Source: a virus (taxonomy: Duplodnaviria > Caudoviricetes). From it: 64,000 nucleotides of DNA. The translations under genes were made by a program, and so were the position numbers. Below are positions 1 to 9,941 of the stretch, in pieces. The first letter of the stretch is position 1. Each line of letters begins with the position of its first letter. The stretch spans positions 130-64,129 of the IMG/VR virus record IMGVR_UViG_3300037400_003376; one strand, 5' to 3'. The notes beneath the pieces are model-generated. The model had not been told where the DNA came from. It saw only the letters and a program-made list of their open reading frames with translations, and made no database searches.

Positions 1-84
1 GAGTTGGAGAAGAGAGACGTACAAATTGAGTTGGATACTATCAACAAGTTGATTGACGACTATTTCGGTGAAGTTAGAAATTAA
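1..84 (+). CDS. 3' end of a gene entering the window (ELEKRDVQIELDTINKLIDDYFGEVRN*)
   Basis: Open frame from base 1 to TAA at 82-84, followed by a hairpin; too short to assign a function. Confidence 0.6.
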   Translation, partial: ELEKRDVQIELDTINKLIDDYFGEVRN

Positions 85-89
85 AAAAC

Positions 90-108
90 GGAGGGCATTA
101 TGCCCTCC
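90..108. terminator. Hairpin GGAGGGCA-TTA-TGCCCTCC
   Basis: Perfect 8-bp GC-rich stem just after the stop codon, with an A-run on its 5' side. Confidence 0.6.
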
Positions 109-137
109 AATCTAATTTCCACATAAAATTTATAAGT

Positions 138-479
138 ATGACAAGAGAGCAAAAAGCACATGAAGTAAATAAAGAACTCATCAATTTAATGATGGAGAAA
201 TTTGGTGTTACTTATGACGACATCATTTCACATCTTGATGAAAATAAACGTTGGATAATCGATGGAAAAGATTGGTATCTTTATTACTCATTTACAATGG
301 ACGAGGCAACTGAGTTTCGTAAAAAGGGAGTTGATCTAATTAGAAAAAAATTAAGAATCACCAAGAAAGAGGCCGAGAAGGAAATGGCCTGGTGGTACTT
401 ATTTACGGGCCTAACAATTTCAGATGATTCAGTTGATAAACCTTATCCAATAATTGGCGATTTATATAAGAAGGATTAA
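138..479 (+). CDS. Hypothetical phage protein (113 aa)
   Basis: ORF track; the stop overlaps the next start (TAATG), indicating translational coupling. Confidence 0.75.
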   Translation: MTREQKAHEVNKELINLMMEKFGVTYDDIISHLDENKRWIIDGKDWYLYYSFTMDEATEFRKKGVDLIRKKLRITKKEAEKEMAWWYLFTGLTISDDSVDKPYPIIGDLYKKD

Positions 480-1780
480 TGGGACAGCCAATTAGAAAGA
501 AAATCCAAGAGGTACATGCAGATTTGATTAAAGAACCTCCGTTTCGCACTTTATTAGTAGATGGTAATAGTCTACTATATAAATGTTTCGCCGATACAAA
601 GGTGAATAGCGACGGTGTTATTGTTGGCCCAATTACGCGTTTCTTAACTCAAATAAGACTACAATTAGAGAAAGGTGAGTTTGAATATGTTTACGTTTTC
701 TTCGATATAGAAGGAAGCGGATTACTTCGTTACCAGTATTATTCTCCGTATAAAGCAAATAGAGACAAGAACTATGAGAAAATCATGGAGAATCTTAATC
801 TATCCAACTATGGCAAGGCTGTTGAAGAGAGATTGAATAGATGGAAGAAAAAATATGCAAAAGGTACAACTAGTGTTTCTAAAAAATTCGATCCAGAATT
901 ATATAGAGATGTTATTGATGCCCATAAGATTGGTAAGATTAAAGAAATAAAGATTAAGCGAGACTATCCAGAAGATATAGCAAAGAAAATTATTCGAGTT
1001 GCAGAGGATGAACTTTTGAAGGAGAATTTCGACCGATGTCGAGATATTTTATGTGAGATGTTTAATGAACTATACATAAGATGGAATGTCGATGAAATAA
1101 CAGAGGGTGATGATATGATTGCTTATTATTGTTTACACAAAAAGGAAAATGAAAAGATAATAATAATATCTGGCGACATGGACCTTTCACAGTTAATCGC
1201 AGACGATATTGCAATCTACAATCTTAATATAAAAGAATATATAACACCGAAGAATTTCAAATCTCATTTTGGGTATCACTATGAGAACACACTTCTAAAA
1301 AAGATATTCTGTGGTGACGTAAGTGATAATATATCAAATATTAAAGGACTATCTGAAACTGGTTTGATGGAAATGATGCCAGAGATAAAAACTAGAAAGG
1401 TTACAGTTGAAGAAGTAAAAGATAGGGCAAGAGAGTTAATCAATGAAAGAATTAGTCAAAAGAAAAAACCATATGTGCTTCACGAAAATATTGTCAATGG
1501 TGTTTCTAATAAAGAATATGACGGAGATTTTTATGAGATTAATGATAAAATTATAAATTTACACCATCCACTATTATCGGAAGAGGCTAAAAAATCCATG
1601 GATGCAATGATGTATGCGCCAATGGATCCAGAAGGCCGTTCAGTTAAAAATCTTTACAAGATTATACTTGATCAAAATATACAAGACCTACAGTCAGATA
1701 CACAGTTTTCTGGCTTCTTTAGACCGTTCAAAAAGTTAGAGGAAAAAGAATTGAAAAGGTTTAATGAAAGCCAAAAATAA
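479..1780 (+). CDS. 5'-3' exonuclease / RNase H (Pol I 5'-exo, T4 Rnh-like FEN family)
   Basis: Motifs LLVDGNSL, VFFD, EGDDMIA, ISGDMDLSQL and CGDVSDNISNIKG (H3TH). Confidence 0.9.
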   Translation: MGQPIRKKIQEVHADLIKEPPFRTLLVDGNSLLYKCFADTKVNSDGVIVGPITRFLTQIRLQLEKGEFEYVYVFFDIEGSGLLRYQYYSPYKANRDKNYEKIMENLNLSNYGKAVEERLNRWKKKYAKGTTSVSKKFDPELYRDVIDAHKIGKIKEIKIKRDYPEDIAKKIIRVAEDELLKENFDRCRDILCEMFNELYIRWNVDEITEGDDMIAYYCLHKKENEKIIIISGDMDLSQLIADDIAIYNLNIKEYITPKNFKSHFGYHYENTLLKKIFCGDVSDNISNIKGLSETGLMEMMPEIKTRKVTVEEVKDRARELINERISQKKKPYVLHENIVNGVSNKEYDGDFYEINDKIINLHHPLLSEEAKKSMDAMMYAPMDPEGRSVKNLYKIILDQNIQDLQSDTQFSGFFRPFKKLEEKELKRFNESQK

Positions 1781-1858
1781 TTTGTATATTTAAGTAAGAA
1801 GAAAAACATTAAAGAATTAATATATTGTTTAACAACTTAAAATTAATATTTTTAGAAC

Positions 1859-2659
1859 ATGTCAGAAAAAATTAATCAAACAGAAAATCAGCAAATTAAA
1901 AAAGAGCGTTTTGAGTTTGTGTTTACAGTAAACGGAAATATTATTTGTCAACGATATTTCCGTATCAATGGGTTTAAGAATAAATCACTTGGTTCGAAGG
2001 AGTTGACGGATTCGTTTAATTATTGTGTAGAGTTGATACAGAAAGACCTAGAGAAAAAATCGAATGTATTCTTATGGTACACGTCTCCACAGATTTTTGA
2101 TAACAAAGAAGAAATGTTAGACCACGCCTATAAAGCGTTTATGGGTAACGATACCGCATACGTTATATTACGTGATTCAGATGATGTTTATTTCTGGAAT
2201 GGGAGCACTATTGAACCATACAACGGTTATTTTAATAAGAGTGAATATGTAGGCGGTAACCAGAGTGATGCACCTTGTGTATTAAAGTTAACATTCCTTG
2301 ATAATGGCCGAGAGGTTATCTCTAGATGTTGGGATGGAAACGTTTATCCTCGTTTTGTGCGAACAAACATCGATCTATCTAATTCGAAAAACAAATATGA
2401 GAGTGGCCCTAACTTTGCTCCATTCGAGTCAGCCCTTATTAAAATTATGACCGATGGACAAGCAGACCTTATTCCTCAAATTGTAAAGGAATTATGTATC
2501 TGTTGTAGTTATGACGATGATAGCGACTACACGACAAGTGTGCAGTATGGTGATGTAACGTATAACACAAACCCTCGCGATGATTGGTACAAATATGTAT
2601 CAGCAATGGAGCAGAAACTCAGAAAAAAGACAGATAAATATATGAGAACGCTTTATTGA
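1859..2659 (+). CDS. Hypothetical protein in the replication module (266 aa)
   Basis: Long ORF between the exonuclease and helicase; no recognisable motif. Confidence 0.8.
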   Translation: MSEKINQTENQQIKKERFEFVFTVNGNIICQRYFRINGFKNKSLGSKELTDSFNYCVELIQKDLEKKSNVFLWYTSPQIFDNKEEMLDHAYKAFMGNDTAYVILRDSDDVYFWNGSTIEPYNGYFNKSEYVGGNQSDAPCVLKLTFLDNGREVISRCWDGNVYPRFVRTNIDLSNSKNKYESGPNFAPFESALIKIMTDGQADLIPQIVKELCICCSYDDDSDYTTSVQYGDVTYNTNPRDDWYKYVSAMEQKLRKKTDKYMRTLY

Positions 2660-2665
2660 TCAAAT

Positions 2666-2697
2666 AAAGGCTTCCATAAGGAGGCTTTTGTTTTTTC
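2666..2697 (+). terminator. Rho-independent terminator
   Basis: AAAGGCTTCC-ATAA-GGAGGCTTTT stem (with G-U pairs) followed by a T-run. Confidence 0.7.
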
Positions 2698-2717
2698 AAA
2701 AAAAATAAAGATTGGAC

Positions 2718-2750
2718 TTGACAAATGATGGTTAAATTTTTATATCTTTA
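2718..2750 (+). promoter_or_regulatory. Putative helicase promoter (TTGACA-N19-TATCTTTA)
   Basis: TTGACA at 2718-2723 and a near-Bacteroidota -7 element TATCTTTA at 2743-2750, 21 nt before the ATG. Confidence 0.55.
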
Positions 2751-2771
2751 TTAAGCGAAACAAAATAATAT

Positions 2772-4208
2772 ATGAGTAAGATAAATAAAAATAACCTTGA
2801 ATATTTAGGCACGGAATTTCAGTATAGGTTAATTAAAGCGTGCATTGAAGATGCTGGGTTCTTTCGAGATTTAAATGGTGTGATTGATCAAAATATGTTC
2901 ACAGAAACATATCTACGAACAATCGTTGGTGTAATGAAGGAATATTACGCTAGGCAGGAGAGTGTTCCATCCTACAAGTTAATCGAAATTGAAATTCGTC
3001 AAAAAATGACGGATGAAGACGAGATACAATACTACACAGAGGCTCTTGATAAAATTCAGAAGACAACTACTGAGGGTTACAAGGAAATTGAAGATATGGC
3101 CGAGAGGTTTTTCTTCCAACAGAACCTTATGAAGGTGTCTAACGAAATTAAGATGATGGCTGGAGGCGGAGATCTTGAAAAATATGAGGCTTGTAAGAAA
3201 TTATTAGAGGATGCCCTATCTGTAGGAAGAAAGAACGACAATACTACTACACCGTTTCAATCGATCGATGATGACTTATCTCCAGAAAGTGTTGTAACAA
3301 TTCCTACTGGAATTGATAAATTAGATGCATCTTTAGGTGGCGGTATCGATAAAGGTAAAGTTGGCCTTATTATCTGCCCTATGGGGTGTGGTAAAACATC
3401 AATGACGACATGTTTAGCAGCAAACGCAGCAAGATATAAGTGTAAACAAAACAATTTTGAAGGCTATAAAGTTTTGCAAATTTGTTTTGAGGATATGCCG
3501 CGAGATCTTCATAGGAAATATATGGCTAATGTTACTGGTGTAGAGGCTAGAAATCTTAATGAGAGTGAAAGCACAACAGAGTCAGTAAAGAAACAACTTC
3601 GTTCTTCACCAGATTTTCATTTTATCAATAATAATATTCACATTATGAATTTATTTACTGGAGAGGAAACCGCTACAAGTATTAAAAATAAGATAAAAAA
3701 GAAAATCAACGAAGGATTTAAGCCAGATGTTGTAATTATTGACTACTTTGAATGTATTGAGAGTGAGCCTGGTTATTCGAAAAGTGATGTTACAGAGAGA
3801 GAGGGTAGAACGATGCGTAAATTTGAGAATATGGCAAAGGAACTTGATTTAGCATTGTGGATTCCTACACAGGGTAACCGTGAAAGTATTAGTGCAGAAC
3901 TTGTTACAAACGATAAGGTTGGTGGTTCCATTAGAAAGAATCAAATTGCACAGGTAGTATTGAGTATTACTCGTTCAATAGATGATGTTAGAAACAAACG
4001 TGCCACATTATCAATTCTTAAGAACAGAACTGGAGAGGCTGGATTAACACTTAATGGTGTATTCTTCGACAATGGAACGTGTACAATCAATACTGAGGAT
4101 GTGATTGAATTTGATGATGCATTTGGGTACAATGAACATGTCCAGGAGGTTGAGGCAAAACAAAGAACAAGTATGATTCAAGATGCCAGAAAGGTATATA
4201 AGAAATGA
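2772..4208 (+). CDS. Replicative DNA helicase (DnaB / T4 gp41-like)
   Basis: Walker A CPMGCGKTS, Walker B VVIIDY, LWIPTQGNR and ILKNRTG motifs. Confidence 0.92.
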   Translation: MSKINKNNLEYLGTEFQYRLIKACIEDAGFFRDLNGVIDQNMFTETYLRTIVGVMKEYYARQESVPSYKLIEIEIRQKMTDEDEIQYYTEALDKIQKTTTEGYKEIEDMAERFFFQQNLMKVSNEIKMMAGGGDLEKYEACKKLLEDALSVGRKNDNTTTPFQSIDDDLSPESVVTIPTGIDKLDASLGGGIDKGKVGLIICPMGCGKTSMTTCLAANAARYKCKQNNFEGYKVLQICFEDMPRDLHRKYMANVTGVEARNLNESESTTESVKKQLRSSPDFHFINNNIHIMNLFTGEETATSIKNKIKKKINEGFKPDVVIIDYFECIESEPGYSKSDVTEREGRTMRKFENMAKELDLALWIPTQGNRESISAELVTNDKVGGSIRKNQIAQVVLSITRSIDDVRNKRATLSILKNRTGEAGLTLNGVFFDNGTCTINTEDVIEFDDAFGYNEHVQEVEAKQRTSMIQDARKVYKK

Positions 4209-4654
4209 AAATAATGGATATATACGATTATCACAAGTTTCTTAAAATAAAAAGAAAATATTATAAGAGACATTGCGTAAAAAGGGTGGATAATATTAAT
4301 GGGAAAAAATTTGTGTCTTACTGGGAGAAAGAGGATTGGATTGGTTATATAATTCCATCTTATTTGACGTACACAATAGACAAATCAATAGTAAAAGAAG
4401 TAAAGTCAGTAATTGGACCAGATCTATACAATGACACATTAGGAGTTGTAAAAGATATCTATGATAATACATGGGGTAAATATGAATTTTCTTTTATGTC
4501 TAAAGATAAGGCAGGACAAGCATATCAAGGATTTGTTATTGGTATTATATTAACTAATAGAGATGCGTATTTCTTAGTTAGCGATAAACAATATTCTAAG
4601 GAGAAAAAAGATTATCAATTAATTCCAATGTTTTGGAATACCAAAAAGTTATAA
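4205..4654 (+). CDS. Hypothetical protein (149 aa)
   Basis: ATGA overlap with the helicase stop. Confidence 0.7.
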   Translation: MKIMDIYDYHKFLKIKRKYYKRHCVKRVDNINGKKFVSYWEKEDWIGYIIPSYLTYTIDKSIVKEVKSVIGPDLYNDTLGVVKDIYDNTWGKYEFSFMSKDKAGQAYQGFVIGIILTNRDAYFLVSDKQYSKEKKDYQLIPMFWNTKKL

Positions 4655-4807
4655 GTTATATTTACGTAACTTATTGTAAATGCGAGTGTTAGTAAAGAAA
4701 ATAAAAATACTCGTATTTTTTGATTTAAAAAACTAACTAAATTAATTACTCTAAACTATTTAACTTATGAGAGAGAAATAAAGAGATAATTAAAAACAAG
4801 ATGATTT

Positions 4808-7800
4808 ATGAATGTAAGAAAAAGTGATGGAAGTTACGAAGAGTTTGATAGGAAGAAACTTATTAATATCGTAAAAAAAGTATTTAAAACCGCTTGTATT
4901 GAGTGCAATGCAGACTGTGCAAAAGAGATTGTAGATAGTTTATATATTTATGACGGAATCATGTGCTCTTCAATCAGAAAGCAATTACAAGAGAGATTTT
5001 TAGAGAGGGATGAGAGATTATTAACTGCCTATCTAACAGCAAAAGAGAAAAAGAATAGAATTAAAGACTTTGTTAATGAAAAGAAAAAATTTATCGAGAA
5101 ATACAAGGAATCTGACAATACCGCAAATGCGACTGTAGATGACAACTCAAATGTATCATCAAAAAACATTGGTATCTTAAATGCGGAAATTCACAAGCCA
5201 GATAATATTGAGATTAGTCGTGCTATGGTCATGGATAAAATTAAAGAACTCTATCCAAACTTTAGTGCAAAGAACTATCTCAAAGATTTAGCATCACACA
5301 TTATATATAAACATGACGAAAGTTCATTTGCTGGTGCAATATCTCCATATTGTGTCTCGTTAACCATGTATCCATTCCTAACGAATGGCATTAAAAGACT
5401 TGGTGGCTTATCTGCTGCGCCTAAGAACATAGATTCGTTCTGTGGTATGTTTATTAATCTGATTTTTGCTACCGCTTCTCAATTTGCTGGTGCTGTTGCA
5501 ACTCCAGAATTTTTACTCTATTTTACATACTTTGCAAAGAAGGAGTGGGGCGATGACTTTTGGAAGTCCCCAGACACTGTTGTAACGATTAATACTTCAA
5601 GAGAGAAGACAATTAGAAAACAAATTAGACAATATTTCCAACAAGTAGTATATTCCGTAAACCAACCAGCGGCAGCGCGTGGTATGCAATCCGCCTTTTG
5701 GAATGTTGCCTACTTTGATAAGTTATTCTTTGATGGAATGTTTGGTGATTTCTATTTCCCAGATGGAGAAAAACCAGATTGGGAGTCATTAGCATGGGTA
5801 CAACAAGAATTTATGCAATGGCTAAATGAAGAACGCACTCGTTGTATTTTAACATTCCCAGTAGAGAGTTTTGCATTAGTATTTAAGGACGGAAAGTTCC
5901 AGGATGAAGAAAGCGCGAAGTTCGTTGCAGAAGAATATGCAAGAGGCCACAGTTTCTTTACATACATTAGCGATACAGTTGATAGTTTGAGTTCTTGTTG
6001 CTTCTCTAAAGACCAGAAAGTTTTGTGGAAATCTTCAACTAGTGGGGTACATTTAACTACGTTAGAGGAATTACATAACACAAAATGGGAACCAGAAAAG
6101 AAAAATTTAAAAATATTTCACAATGGAAGTTGGGTTTCTGGAAAGAGTGTTAAATTACCAAATAGAAAAATGCTCAAGGTGGTTACGTGCAATAATAAAG
6201 AGTTCGTTATGACAGATAATCATATTAATGTAACACTAAATGGCGAAAAACAAACTAGCGAGTTGACAACAAATGATTATTTAATGTTTAATACCATTGC
6301 TTTACAAACAATTCCAGAAAATGACGAAGGTTTAACATATGAACAAGGTTTTGTAATTGGAGCATTCTTAGGAGACGGTTCATTCGGTAGTGAAGTAAAA
6401 GGTACTATATATAATATCAACTTCTCGCAAAATGCTAATAAGTATCAAAAAATGATGGAGATGATTGATAAAGCAAATATACAGTTAGGCGGACATGGTA
6501 AAAGCCGACTTAATGAAGTTTATAATAATGTATATCCAGTCAGAATTTCATCAAAAGAACTTGTATCTTTTATAATGAAATGGACATGTTGGGTGAGAGG
6601 AACTTATGCTTATAATAAAAAATTAAATCTCGATTGCTTATTACAGTCTGTTGAATTTAGGAAGGGCATTTTAGACGGATGGTACAACACAGATGGTGGA
6701 AATTCAAATAGATGTTATACAACTAGTAAAGAACTCGCTGAAGACATGGAAGTATTAATAACATCGTTAGGCCTACAATCGATTATTAATGTTTCAGATA
6801 GAACAGATGATGAAGTTGTTATAAGAGGGGAATCGTATGACAGAAATTACCCATTATATTGTGTGAGATGGTACGAACCAGCAAATCATAGGACAAACAA
6901 AGAAAAAGAACATACGTGGATAAAAAAGAATAACTCGGTTTATTTTAAGGTTAAATCAATTGAAGAAGTAGAGTATAATGATGATGTTTACTGTATTGAA
7001 TGTAAAAATGAAGAAGAGCCATATTTTACATTACCATGCGGTCTAATAACTCACAACTGTCGTTTGAAAAATAAGATTCAAACAAAGGAATTCAACTTTA
7101 CTAATGGCAACATGGGTGTTCAAACTGGTTCAAAATCAGTTATTACATTGAATTTAAATAGAATTATCCAAGACTGGTTCAACAACCGTAAAGACAAGGA
7201 CAATACATTTAAATTTGACGGAAGCGATAAGCAATATGATTCATTAAACAATTATTTGAATAAGATATTGGAGCGCGTTTATAAATATCACACTGCATAC
7301 AATGAGTTATTATGGGATATGTATGATGCAAAACTATTACCAGTATATAAGGCAGGTTTTATTGACCTAAATAAGCAATATTTAACAATCGGTATTAATG
7401 GTTTGAATCAGGCTGCAGAATTCCTTGGATTAACATGTAGAGACAATGAGGCTTATTCTAGATTCTGTCAGAAGGTATTTGGAAATATTAAGGATCAGAA
7501 CAATGCACATAAAGTAACTGACGGAAAACATAAAATAACCTTCAATACAGAGTGTGTTCCAGCAGAAAGCCTTGCAATTAAGAACTACAATTGGGATAAA
7601 GAAGATGGCTATTTAGTTCCGAAGGATACTAATCTATATGCAAGTTACATCTATAAGCCAAACGATAAGCAAGTATCTATGTTAGAGAAGATTCGATTAC
7701 ATGGTACAAAATACATTGGAGAATGGTTAGATGGTGGTTCTGCCGCACACCTTAATGCATCAGAGCATCTTAGTGAGGAACAATATGCTTATTTATTGAA

Positions 7801-8041
7801 GTATGCAGCAGAAAATGGATGCCAATATCTAACATGGAATATTCCAAATTGCGAATGTGAGGACTGCCATTACATTTCAAAGACTCCGTTTGACGTTTGC
7901 CCAAGATGCGGTAGTAAAAATGTATCCCTTTGGGACCGAATCATTGGTTATTTGACAAAAATTAAGAACTGGAGTGCTGGTAGGCAGATTGAACAGAAAA
8001 CAAGAGTATACGAACACTTTGAAGGAGGAAGTTTATGTTAA
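4808..8041 (+). CDS. nrdD: Anaerobic (class III) ribonucleoside-triphosphate reductase with an N-terminal ATP cone and one intein
   Basis: ATP cone MNVRKSDGSYEEFDRKK; SCCRL finger loop restored after intein removal; zinc site CEDC..CPRC; glycyl-radical motif RIIGYL; nrdG adjacent. Confidence 0.96.
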   Translation: MNVRKSDGSYEEFDRKKLINIVKKVFKTACIECNADCAKEIVDSLYIYDGIMCSSIRKQLQERFLERDERLLTAYLTAKEKKNRIKDFVNEKKKFIEKYKESDNTANATVDDNSNVSSKNIGILNAEIHKPDNIEISRAMVMDKIKELYPNFSAKNYLKDLASHIIYKHDESSFAGAISPYCVSLTMYPFLTNGIKRLGGLSAAPKNIDSFCGMFINLIFATASQFAGAVATPEFLLYFTYFAKKEWGDDFWKSPDTVVTINTSREKTIRKQIRQYFQQVVYSVNQPAAARGMQSAFWNVAYFDKLFFDGMFGDFYFPDGEKPDWESLAWVQQEFMQWLNEERTRCILTFPVESFALVFKDGKFQDEESAKFVAEEYARGHSFFTYISDTVDSLSSCCFSKDQKVLWKSSTSGVHLTTLEELHNTKWEPEKKNLKIFHNGSWVSGKSVKLPNRKMLKVVTCNNKEFVMTDNHINVTLNGEKQTSELTTNDYLMFNTIALQTIPENDEGLTYEQGFVIGAFLGDGSFGSEVKGTIYNINFSQNANKYQKMMEMIDKANIQLGGHGKSRLNEVYNNVYPVRISSKELVSFIMKWTCWVRGTYAYNKKLNLDCLLQSVEFRKGILDGWYNTDGGNSNRCYTTSKELAEDMEVLITSLGLQSIINVSDRTDDEVVIRGESYDRNYPLYCVRWYEPANHRTNKEKEHTWIKKNNSVYFKVKSIEEVEYNDDVYCIECKNEEEPYFTLPCGLITHNCRLKNKIQTKEFNFTNGNMGVQTGSKSVITLNLNRIIQDWFNNRKDKDNTFKFDGSDKQYDSLNNYLNKILERVYKYHTAYNELLWDMYDAKLLPVYKAGFIDLNKQYLTIGINGLNQAAEFLGLTCRDNEAYSRFCQKVFGNIKDQNNAHKVTDGKHKITFNTECVPAESLAIKNYNWDKEDGYLVPKDTNLYASYIYKPNDKQVSMLEKIRLHGTKYIGEWLDGGSAAHLNASEHLSEEQYAYLLKYAAENGCQYLTWNIPNCECEDCHYISKTPFDVCPRCGSKNVSLWDRIIGYLTKIKNWSAGRQIEQKTRVYEHFEGGSLC
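5999..7057 (+). mobile_element. Intein (353 aa) with a LAGLIDADG homing endonuclease, inserted in nrdD
   Basis: Starts CFSKDQKV and ends ITHN|C; LAGLIDADG blocks GAFLGDGS and GILDGWYNTDGG. Confidence 0.95.
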
Positions 8042-8523
8042 AATATACCCAATATGAATTAGTTTTTAGGGAGATTCCAAACAAAGTAACCCTTGCAATT
8101 AACATTTCCAACTGTCCAAACCATTGTCCTGGATGTCACAGCCCAGAATTGAGGCAAAATATCGGTACAGAGTTGACAAATGATGAGTTATTTAGGATAC
8201 TTGATGAAAACAAGGGTATAAATTGCATTTGTTTTATGGGCGCTGGTAGAGATGTACCAAGACTTGCTGAAATATTAAGAATACTGAAAGAACAATACCC
8301 ATTTTTAGAGACTGGTCTATACACTGGTGCTGATGAATTTGACGAAAGTGTGTTTAATGGTGATTTAAACTATTTAAAGATTGGCCGTTATGACGAAAAA
8401 CTTGGCCCGCTTAACAAAAAGACAACAAACCAAAGACTTTATAGGATAGTAGATGGGCACAGGTGTGATATAACAGAATTATTTTGGGGAAGTCCAATAG
8501 AAAAAGAAATAGGAGGCAAATAA
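8035..8523 (+). CDS. nrdG: Anaerobic RNR activating protein (radical SAM)
   Basis: CPNHCPGCH (CxxxCxxC), YLKIGRY and TTNQRLY; overlaps the nrdD end. Confidence 0.93.
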   Translation: MLKYTQYELVFREIPNKVTLAINISNCPNHCPGCHSPELRQNIGTELTNDELFRILDENKGINCICFMGAGRDVPRLAEILRILKEQYPFLETGLYTGADEFDESVFNGDLNYLKIGRYDEKLGPLNKKTTNQRLYRIVDGHRCDITELFWGSPIEKEIGGK

Positions 8524-8528
8524 GCCTC

Positions 8529-9338
8529 CTATTGTGTATTCATTTTTATTATTTTACTTCGATTCCAGCCAGTTTTATCTTGAATTAACTTTATAATGGT
8601 ATTACCAATATCACTTCTTGTGATAACTCGGCCAGTAAAAATCACTCTTTTGCTTTTTTCGTGTTTTTTCATTAGTAGATTGTAGAATTTTACCGCATCT
8701 CCCATGTTTTTACAAACAACAAACTCAATATCTTCTACATCATACCTAAAAATTACCTTATTATTATATATTAGAACTCTTATTATTAAGAATCTGTCAT
8801 CATTTAATGGTTCATCTATGAAGTTTTCGTCAATCCAGGTGAATTCTTTTCTGTCGTTACGAGGATTATAGCCATACATCCAGAACGTTTCTTCTTTTTC
8901 GCAAGGAAACTTATCAACTATTCTCCATTTTTCGCTAGTCGTCGTGTGTTCCACTAATTTTCCGTAACTATTACGTATTTTTGTGACATTATCAGTCGAA
9001 TTATCTCTTATTCTTTCAAGAACAACGTATTCACTCAAGAAATCCTCACTTTTTTTAGTGTCATGCATTATTACATTTCTTTTTTTAAAAACAATGTTCT
9101 TATTTTCCTCTAATAAAACATTTTTTGCGTATTCAACCTCATCAAGATCATGGAATATACCAATAACAGCATCTTGTTTCATAAAATTACATCTAACAAT
9201 CTTGTAATTCCACGGTTCTTGATGCTCAACCCCTCTTTTTTTAGGCTTTTTCTTTGGCCCACGTTTTTTAGGCCTTCCTACCTTCTTTTTATAATAATAA
9301 TATGTTCTCCGACCGTTTTCGTCTTCAAAAATAGCCAT
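8529..9338 (-). CDS. Hypothetical basic protein with an AT-hook-like KKVGRPKKRGPK segment (start moved to ATG 9338)
   Basis: The upstream extension in the ORF track is promoter-like AT sequence; the ATG at 9338 follows a TGTATATTTATG motif. Confidence 0.7.
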   Translation of the reverse strand: MAIFEDENGRRTYYYYKKKVGRPKKRGPKKKPKKRGVEHQEPWNYKIVRCNFMKQDAVIGIFHDLDEVEYAKNVLLEENKNIVFKKRNVIMHDTKKSEDFLSEYVVLERIRDNSTDNVTKIRNSYGKLVEHTTTSEKWRIVDKFPCEKEETFWMYGYNPRNDRKEFTWIDENFIDEPLNDDRFLIIRVLIYNNKVIFRYDVEDIEFVVCKNMGDAVKFYNLLMKKHEKSKRVIFTGRVITRSDIGNTIIKLIQDKTGWNRSKIIKMNTQ

Positions 9339-9377
9339 AAATGCCGTATTTTTACATAAATATACATTTTTTTCTCT

Positions 9378-9415
9378 AAAATTTTTATAATTCAAAAAAA
9401 AGTAGTAATTTTGCA
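9378..9415 (+). promoter_or_regulatory. Host-type (Bacteroidota) promoter block, copy 1
   Basis: AAAATTTTTATAATTCAAAAAAAAGTAGTAATTTTGCA; -7 TAATTTTG at 9406-9413; 32/38 identical to the copy at 48531-48568. Confidence 0.75.
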
Positions 9416-9443
9416 GTGGATGTATAAAAAACATGTGAATATT

Positions 9444-9884
9444 ATGACGAACTACGAAAAAAGCAACAGTATTGAAGAGGTAAGATTAAACTCTTTTAAC
9501 AAAACGTACTACAGCAAGCTGCTAAAATGCAAAGACAGCGCCAGAGAGAGACAAGCGGCCTCTCAGGAACTTATTAACTATCTTTGTGATAAATTTAAGA
9601 TTAAAAGGGTACCTGTATATGTAAAAGATTGGTCTCAACCACATAGAGTCAATGAAAATGGTAAAATGAAGAGTAAAACCTTTGGAAGATACTGGGTTCA
9701 TAATAGAATTGAAATATGGAATAAGACGGCCATAAGAAACCAGGTAATATCAATTAATGTATTTGTAGATACATTAATACATGAATTTATTCATCATTAT
9801 GACACATATGTTTTAGGTATAGATAGTATTCATAGTGCTGGATTTTATAAAAGAATCAGTGATTTAACAAATAAATTGAAATAA
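9444..9884 (+). CDS. Zincin metalloprotease-like protein (SprT/WLM/M48-like)
   Basis: TLIHEFIHH (HExxH) plus a downstream HSAGF third-ligand motif; start moved to ATG 9444. Confidence 0.75.
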   Translation: MTNYEKSNSIEEVRLNSFNKTYYSKLLKCKDSARERQAASQELINYLCDKFKIKRVPVYVKDWSQPHRVNENGKMKSKTFGRYWVHNRIEIWNKTAIRNQVISINVFVDTLIHEFIHHYDTYVLGIDSIHSAGFYKRISDLTNKLK

Positions 9885-9890
9885 AAATTG

Positions 9891-9898
9891 TATATTTG
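9891..9898 (+). promoter_or_regulatory. Bacteroidota -7 element TATATTTG
   Basis: Exact TAnnTTTG match 43 nt upstream of ATG 9942. Confidence 0.6.
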
Positions 9899-9941
9899 TA
9901 TTGAAAATTTGTTATGTTAACTTATTTATAATAGCAAAATT

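Noticed and set aside
4654-4808. NrdR box upstream of nrdD
   Set aside because: No convincing match to the acaCwAtATaTwGtg palindrome.
8529-9434. ORF-track starts at 9434, 9411 and 48535
   Set aside because: These extensions run through promoter sequence; ATGs at 9338, 9444 and 48496 are better placed.
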